Below are positions 60,274-64,000 of a DNA stretch of 64,000 nucleotides, piece after piece. The translations under genes were made by a program, and so were the position numbers. Below the pieces are notes generated by a model. The model was not told the DNA's origin and searched no databases. It worked only from the letters and a program-made list of their open reading frames with translations. The first letter of the stretch is position 1; each line of letters begins with the position of its first letter. The stretch comes from Spirochaetia bacterium (GTDB lineage Bacteria; Spirochaetota; Spirochaetia; SZUA-6; Bin103). The DNA lies in NCBI GenBank assembly GCA_965199955.1, contig CBDATQ010000002.1:864001-928000 (forward strand), given 5' to 3'.

Positions 60274-60807
60274 ATGAGATTGCCGAGCATCGCCGTGCTC
60301 CGACGCCCCACCGACCACGTGCCGCGGGCAGCGGTTCCGGCCGCCGTCATGATCGGCCTGGCGCTGCTGCTGGGATCCTGCGTGACGGACGTCACGCACA
60401 ACTGCATCTGGGGACCGACGGTGGTCAACGTGCGCTACGAGGTGACGTCCAGCACGGGAATGGCCGACATCGAGCTGCACAGTGGCGAAACCGACTTCCG
60501 GAGCTACCGACGTGCGCAGACGCCCTGGAGCCTGACCCAGCGGGTTCGCGGAGAGACGTTCGTCCGGCTGCGAGTGCGCAACAGCCGGCCTCTCGGCAAC
60601 GCCACGGTGGCGATCTACGTGGATGACGTTCTGTGGAAGCGGGCGGCCGGCGTCGGGTCGGGAGCCGTGGAAGCCGGCGGCGTCATCGAGAGCGAGCTCG
60701 GCTGGAATTGCGGGACCGGCATGTTCATGCAGACCTACCCGGACAAGCCGGCGCAGCCGGGAGTTCCGCAAGAACCCGCCGCCGGCACCGCGACCGGGAG
60801 CCCGTGA
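60274..60807 (+). CDS. Putative lipoprotein
   Basis: Lipobox LLGSC followed by a beta-rich domain; start uncertain. Confidence 0.5.
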   Translation: MRLPSIAVLRRPTDHVPRAAVPAAVMIGLALLLGSCVTDVTHNCIWGPTVVNVRYEVTSSTGMADIELHSGETDFRSYRRAQTPWSLTQRVRGETFVRLRVRNSRPLGNATVAIYVDDVLWKRAAGVGSGAVEAGGVIESELGWNCGTGMFMQTYPDKPAQPGVPQEPAAGTATGSP

Positions 60808-60871
60808 GCGAACAGGACGCGCTTCGCAATCCCCTGGTTCAGGCACCACCGGAGCGATGCGGGCTGAACGC

Positions 60872-61639
60872 ATGAGTCAGCGCCATGATCAAGGCTCGAT
60901 CAACCGGGTCACGTTCGATGGGGATTCCGTTCAAAGGCCGCTGCATCCGTGGACCAGATCTGTCCATACGCTTTTGGGCTATCTGACGTCTCATGGATTC
61001 CGGTGGGTGCCCGCTCCTCGGAGTATTGACGAGGAGCGTCGCATAGAGTTTGTCAGCTTCATCGAAGGGAGCGTCGCACTGAGGCCATGGCCCGAAGTGC
61101 TGAAGTGCGAGTCCGGTCTGAAGCAGATGGGCTACTTCCTGCGCAGATATCACAAAATTGTGGAGGACTTCGTGCCCTGCGAGGACGCTGTCTGGCACGT
61201 GCCGGATTTGACATGGCAGGCGGGCGACATCATCCGGCACGGGGACCTCGGACCCTGGAACACCGTTTGGCGAAACGGGACCCTTACGGGCGTGATCGAC
61301 TGGGACTTCGCGGAGCCGGGATCACGACTCGCGGACATCGCCCAGCTCGCCTGGCATGTCGTTCCTTTGCGCGGCGCCGACTTCTGGCGGAAGGTGGGTT
61401 TCGAGAAGGAGCCGGACCTCGGGCAACGCTTGGGAGCGATATGCGCGGCCTACGGCGCTTCTGCAAGCCACGTTGTAGATGCTCTGTTGGGGGTCCAGGA
61501 TGAGGACCTGCGGCGGATCAGTGAGCTGGGGACGCGCGGGATTTTCCCGTGGAGCGCCTTCCGGGAGCGCGGAGACGCGAGCCAGATAGCGAAGGAGCAG
61601 AGCTGGCTGATGTCCTCGCAAAGTTCGTTGTTGGGATAG
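60872..61639 (+). CDS. Aminoglycoside phosphotransferase/kinase family (trifolitoxin-immunity-like)
   Basis: VHTLLGYL..VPAP, HGDLGPWN, IDWDFAEPG; visibly lower GC. Confidence 0.8.
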   Translation: MSQRHDQGSINRVTFDGDSVQRPLHPWTRSVHTLLGYLTSHGFRWVPAPRSIDEERRIEFVSFIEGSVALRPWPEVLKCESGLKQMGYFLRRYHKIVEDFVPCEDAVWHVPDLTWQAGDIIRHGDLGPWNTVWRNGTLTGVIDWDFAEPGSRLADIAQLAWHVVPLRGADFWRKVGFEKEPDLGQRLGAICAAYGASASHVVDALLGVQDEDLRRISELGTRGIFPWSAFRERGDASQIAKEQSWLMSSQSSLLG

Positions 61640-61718
61640 AGGCGTGGGGACGTCGGACGACAAGTGAGGAAGATGACGTCTGCGTCAGAGTCGTACCGAA
61701 GTTGCGCTGCGGGCCTCC

Positions 61719-62579
61719 TCATGTCGCGACCCAGGCTTTGAACGCCTCGCGGGTGTAGGTGAGGGCGCGGTCCATGACGGCGTAGGGCTCTTCCGGGCCT
61801 TCGTACTCGGGGGAGACGGTGCCGTCGTAGCCGAGCTCGCGCAGGCGCCGGACCGCCGCCGGCAGCGGCACGACCCCCTCGCCCAGGTCGACCGCCTTGA
61901 ACCAGGGACCGTCGCGGGTTCCCTTCCAGGAGGCTCCCGGCAGCTCGGCATCCAGCGGCACCCAGTCCTTGACATGCACGTGAACGGTGTACGGGAACAC
62001 GCGGTCGAGCGCCGCGACCGGGTCGTATCCGGCCATCACGAAGTTGCCCACGTCGTACACGGTCCGCACCTGGTCGCCCAGCCGCTCGCAGGCGTCGATC
62101 ACCCACTCCGAGCCGCCGTAGACGTCGCCCCGGAACCCCAGGTTGGCGACCAGCAGGATCAGGCCCAGCTCGCGCGCGACCCGCAGGCTGTTCTCCACAG
62201 CCTCGTACAGCCATTCCCGCAACTCGTCGGCAGTCAGGTCGCTGTCCCAGTCGGGCATGGACGGCAGGATCAGGATGGAGCCGGCGCCCAGGCGGGCGGC
62301 GACGCGCAGCCGCTCGTGGAAGCGGTCGGTGCCGGCCGCACGCTCGCTGGCGTCGCGGAAGCCGACGTGGCAGTTGACGTCGCACATCAGCACCTTCATT
62401 CCCGTCGCGGCGATGGCGTCCTCGACCCGGAGGACCTCGTCCTCGTCCTCCATCCATGGGTCGTAGAGCTCCAGCGAGGTGATGCCGCGCTCGTGGAACC
62501 AATGAACGGCCCTGGCGTTGTCGATCGGCCTGGGGCCGGTGATGGGCCCGAACGAATAGCTGTATCCGACGATCTCCAT
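61719..62579 (-). CDS. Sugar phosphate isomerase/epimerase (xylose isomerase-like TIM barrel)
   Basis: YDVGNF, HVHVKD, LGEGVVP, GYDGTVSPEYEG. Confidence 0.85.
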   Translation of the reverse strand: MEIVGYSYSFGPITGPRPIDNARAVHWFHERGITSLELYDPWMEDEDEVLRVEDAIAATGMKVLMCDVNCHVGFRDASERAAGTDRFHERLRVAARLGAGSILILPSMPDWDSDLTADELREWLYEAVENSLRVARELGLILLVANLGFRGDVYGGSEWVIDACERLGDQVRTVYDVGNFVMAGYDPVAALDRVFPYTVHVHVKDWVPLDAELPGASWKGTRDGPWFKAVDLGEGVVPLPAAVRRLRELGYDGTVSPEYEGPEEPYAVMDRALTYTREAFKAWVAT

Positions 62580-62588
62580 GCGCCGATC

Positions 62589-63004
62589 CTACAGCACGGC
62601 CACGCGCCGGCGCAGGAAATACGGCCAGTCCCACTCGGCGCCCCAGCCGGGGCGGGTGAAGGCGAACCGCGCCGCCCGGTGCAGCTTGGCGTCCAGCCCC
62701 TCGCGGTCGGCGGCATCCTCGCCTGCGACCAGCTCGCGGAGCTGCGCCAGCTCCCGCTCGGTCATGACCCGGTAGCGGACGTCGCCGACGGTGCATACGC
62801 CTTCGAGCCCGTCTTCAGTGAGGACGTGCATGACGTGCACGGGCTCGCTCCGGCGGCCGGCTCCGCTCGTGACCGAGTGGCGCCGCCCGAGCCGTGGCGG
62901 GGATGCCAGCGGGCAGTACTGCCGTGTCCGACCCGGGCCATGTCGATCAGCGGCGTGACCGTGTCGACTTCGAATGCGCAAATCGTGACGTCGCGAATGC
63001 GCAT
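62589..63004 (-). pseudogene. Mandelate racemase/enolase-family gene with its catalytic barrel deleted
   Basis: MRIRDVTI start, frameshift, VLTEDGLEG..LVAGED capping domain joined directly to C-terminal PGWGAEWDW. Confidence 0.65.
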
Positions 63005-63020
63005 GGGTCCTCTCTGCGGG

Positions 63021-64000
63021 TCAGTCCCGAAAGGGATCGATCTCGTCCGCCGATGCCATGGCGACGCCGATCGGCTCCAGGACGTGGACGACGCGGATGG
63101 TGCCGTCGTGGTAGCGCAGCACCTCCTCGATCCGTTTGTAGCAGTGCGGGGACTCGTCGGTGCCGGCGCCGCGCAGCTCGACGCCGCGCCGGTCCAGCCA
63201 CTTCTGCATCATCTTCCGGCTGATCCTGCCCTCGGTGAGCTGTATCCGTCGCCCGCGCTTGAACCGCGACTTTCCGGCCGCCTGCGTGCGCGACATGACG
63301 CGCCCGGCGCCGTGGACGGTCGAGCGCAGGGCGAGCTCCGATTCGGGTCCGTCGAGCCCTTCGATGATCACCGAGATGTCTCCCATGGTACCGCCGACGA
63401 AGCCGCGCTGGCCGGGGAAGGCCGGGGTCGCCCCCTTGCGCACGACCCACAGGTCCTGCCCGAAGTGGCGCTCCTGCCAAGCGAAGTTGTGGTGGTTGTG
63501 CACCTCCTCGACGATGCGCGCGCCGAGCAGGCGGGCGACACGCGCGCACACCCAGTCGCGGCCGGCGTAGGCGTAGCGCCCGGCCAGGTGCATGCAGGCG
63601 AGGTATTCCCGCCCCAGGTCGCTGTCCGCGTGCAGCACGACCGGGTCGACGTTCATGCCGTCGGTGCCGCCGCCGGCCTTGATGAAGTGGGTGGCCAGCT
63701 TGTGGCCGAGGCCGCGCGAGCCGAAGTGGACGCCGACCCAGGCGCGGCCCTTCTCGTCGGCAAACAGGTCGACGAAGTGGTTGCCGGAGCCGATCGTGCC
63801 GAGCTGCGAGCGCGCCAGGTCGCGGAGCGTGGCGGCCGCGGGGATGTCCCAGGCCGGGTCGTCGTCGAACAACTCGTCGTCGACCGGCTCCGGGTTCTTG
63901 CGCCCGATGCCGAACGACAGGGTCCGCCACAGGTCGTCCATGATGGGGCGGATGTTGCGCCGGATCTCCGCGGCGTCGGCGTCCAACAGCACGGCCTTGT
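63021..64000 (-). CDS. rtcB: RtcB family RNA ligase (5' truncated by window)
   Basis: LGTIGSGNHF, HFGSRGLG, HNHHN, VVRKGATP, STVHGAGR, DESPHCYK. Confidence 0.95.
   Translation of the reverse strand, partial: KAVLLDADAAEIRRNIRPIMDDLWRTLSFGIGRKNPEPVDDELFDDDPAWDIPAAATLRDLARSQLGTIGSGNHFVDLFADEKGRAWVGVHFGSRGLGHKLATHFIKAGGGTDGMNVDPVVLHADSDLGREYLACMHLAGRYAYAGRDWVCARVARLLGARIVEEVHNHHNFAWQERHFGQDLWVVRKGATPAFPGQRGFVGGTMGDISVIIEGLDGPESELALRSTVHGAGRVMSRTQAAGKSRFKRGRRIQLTEGRISRKMMQKWLDRRGVELRGAGTDESPHCYKRIEEVLRYHDGTIRVVHVLEPIGVAMASADEIDPFRD

Noticed and set aside
56254..64000. Macro, NUDIX, kinase and RtcB as an RNA-repair or ADP-ribosylation system
   Set aside because: Genes are scattered on both strands, two are broken, and there is no rtcA/rtcR/TROVE or ADP-ribosyltransferase in the window

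Overview
High-GC bacterial window dominated by carbohydrate, sugar-acid and sulfate catabolism: ABC importers, GH4, GH32/43-like propellers, a PcRGLX/YetA-like protein, CE4-like deacetylases, a sulfatase, UxuA, an enolase-family dehydratase, two Ldh_2 oxidoreductases, two AKRs and two PhyH dioxygenases. It also carries a cobalamin-riboswitch-controlled corrinoid uptake and salvage operon (btuCFD-cobT-cobS-cbiB-[cobD remnant]-cobC-cobU, plus a convergent cobQ), topA, a partial rtcB, two type II toxin-antitoxin pairs (VapBC-like; MazEF resembling M. tuberculosis MazE2/F2), IS630 and DNA-methyltransferase debris, and many pseudogenes. The gene mix (ASPIC/UnbV, Uma2, PhyH, spirochaete-style solute-binding signal peptide) suggests an uncultured marine host-associated lineage, which is only an inference. 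The most notable sequence-level signals are: (i) about ten genes with a TAnnnT -10 box 6-7 nt before the start codon and no SD, including one palindromic AGTATACT that appears to serve two divergent leaderless genes; (ii) a catalytically dead/active CE4 paralogue pair; (iii) recurrent internal-deletion pseudogenes that keep both gene ends; (iv) a 75-bp TIR mini-element at a gene-fragment junction. No rRNA, tRNA or CRISPR array was seen. All family calls come from motif recognition, not database searches.
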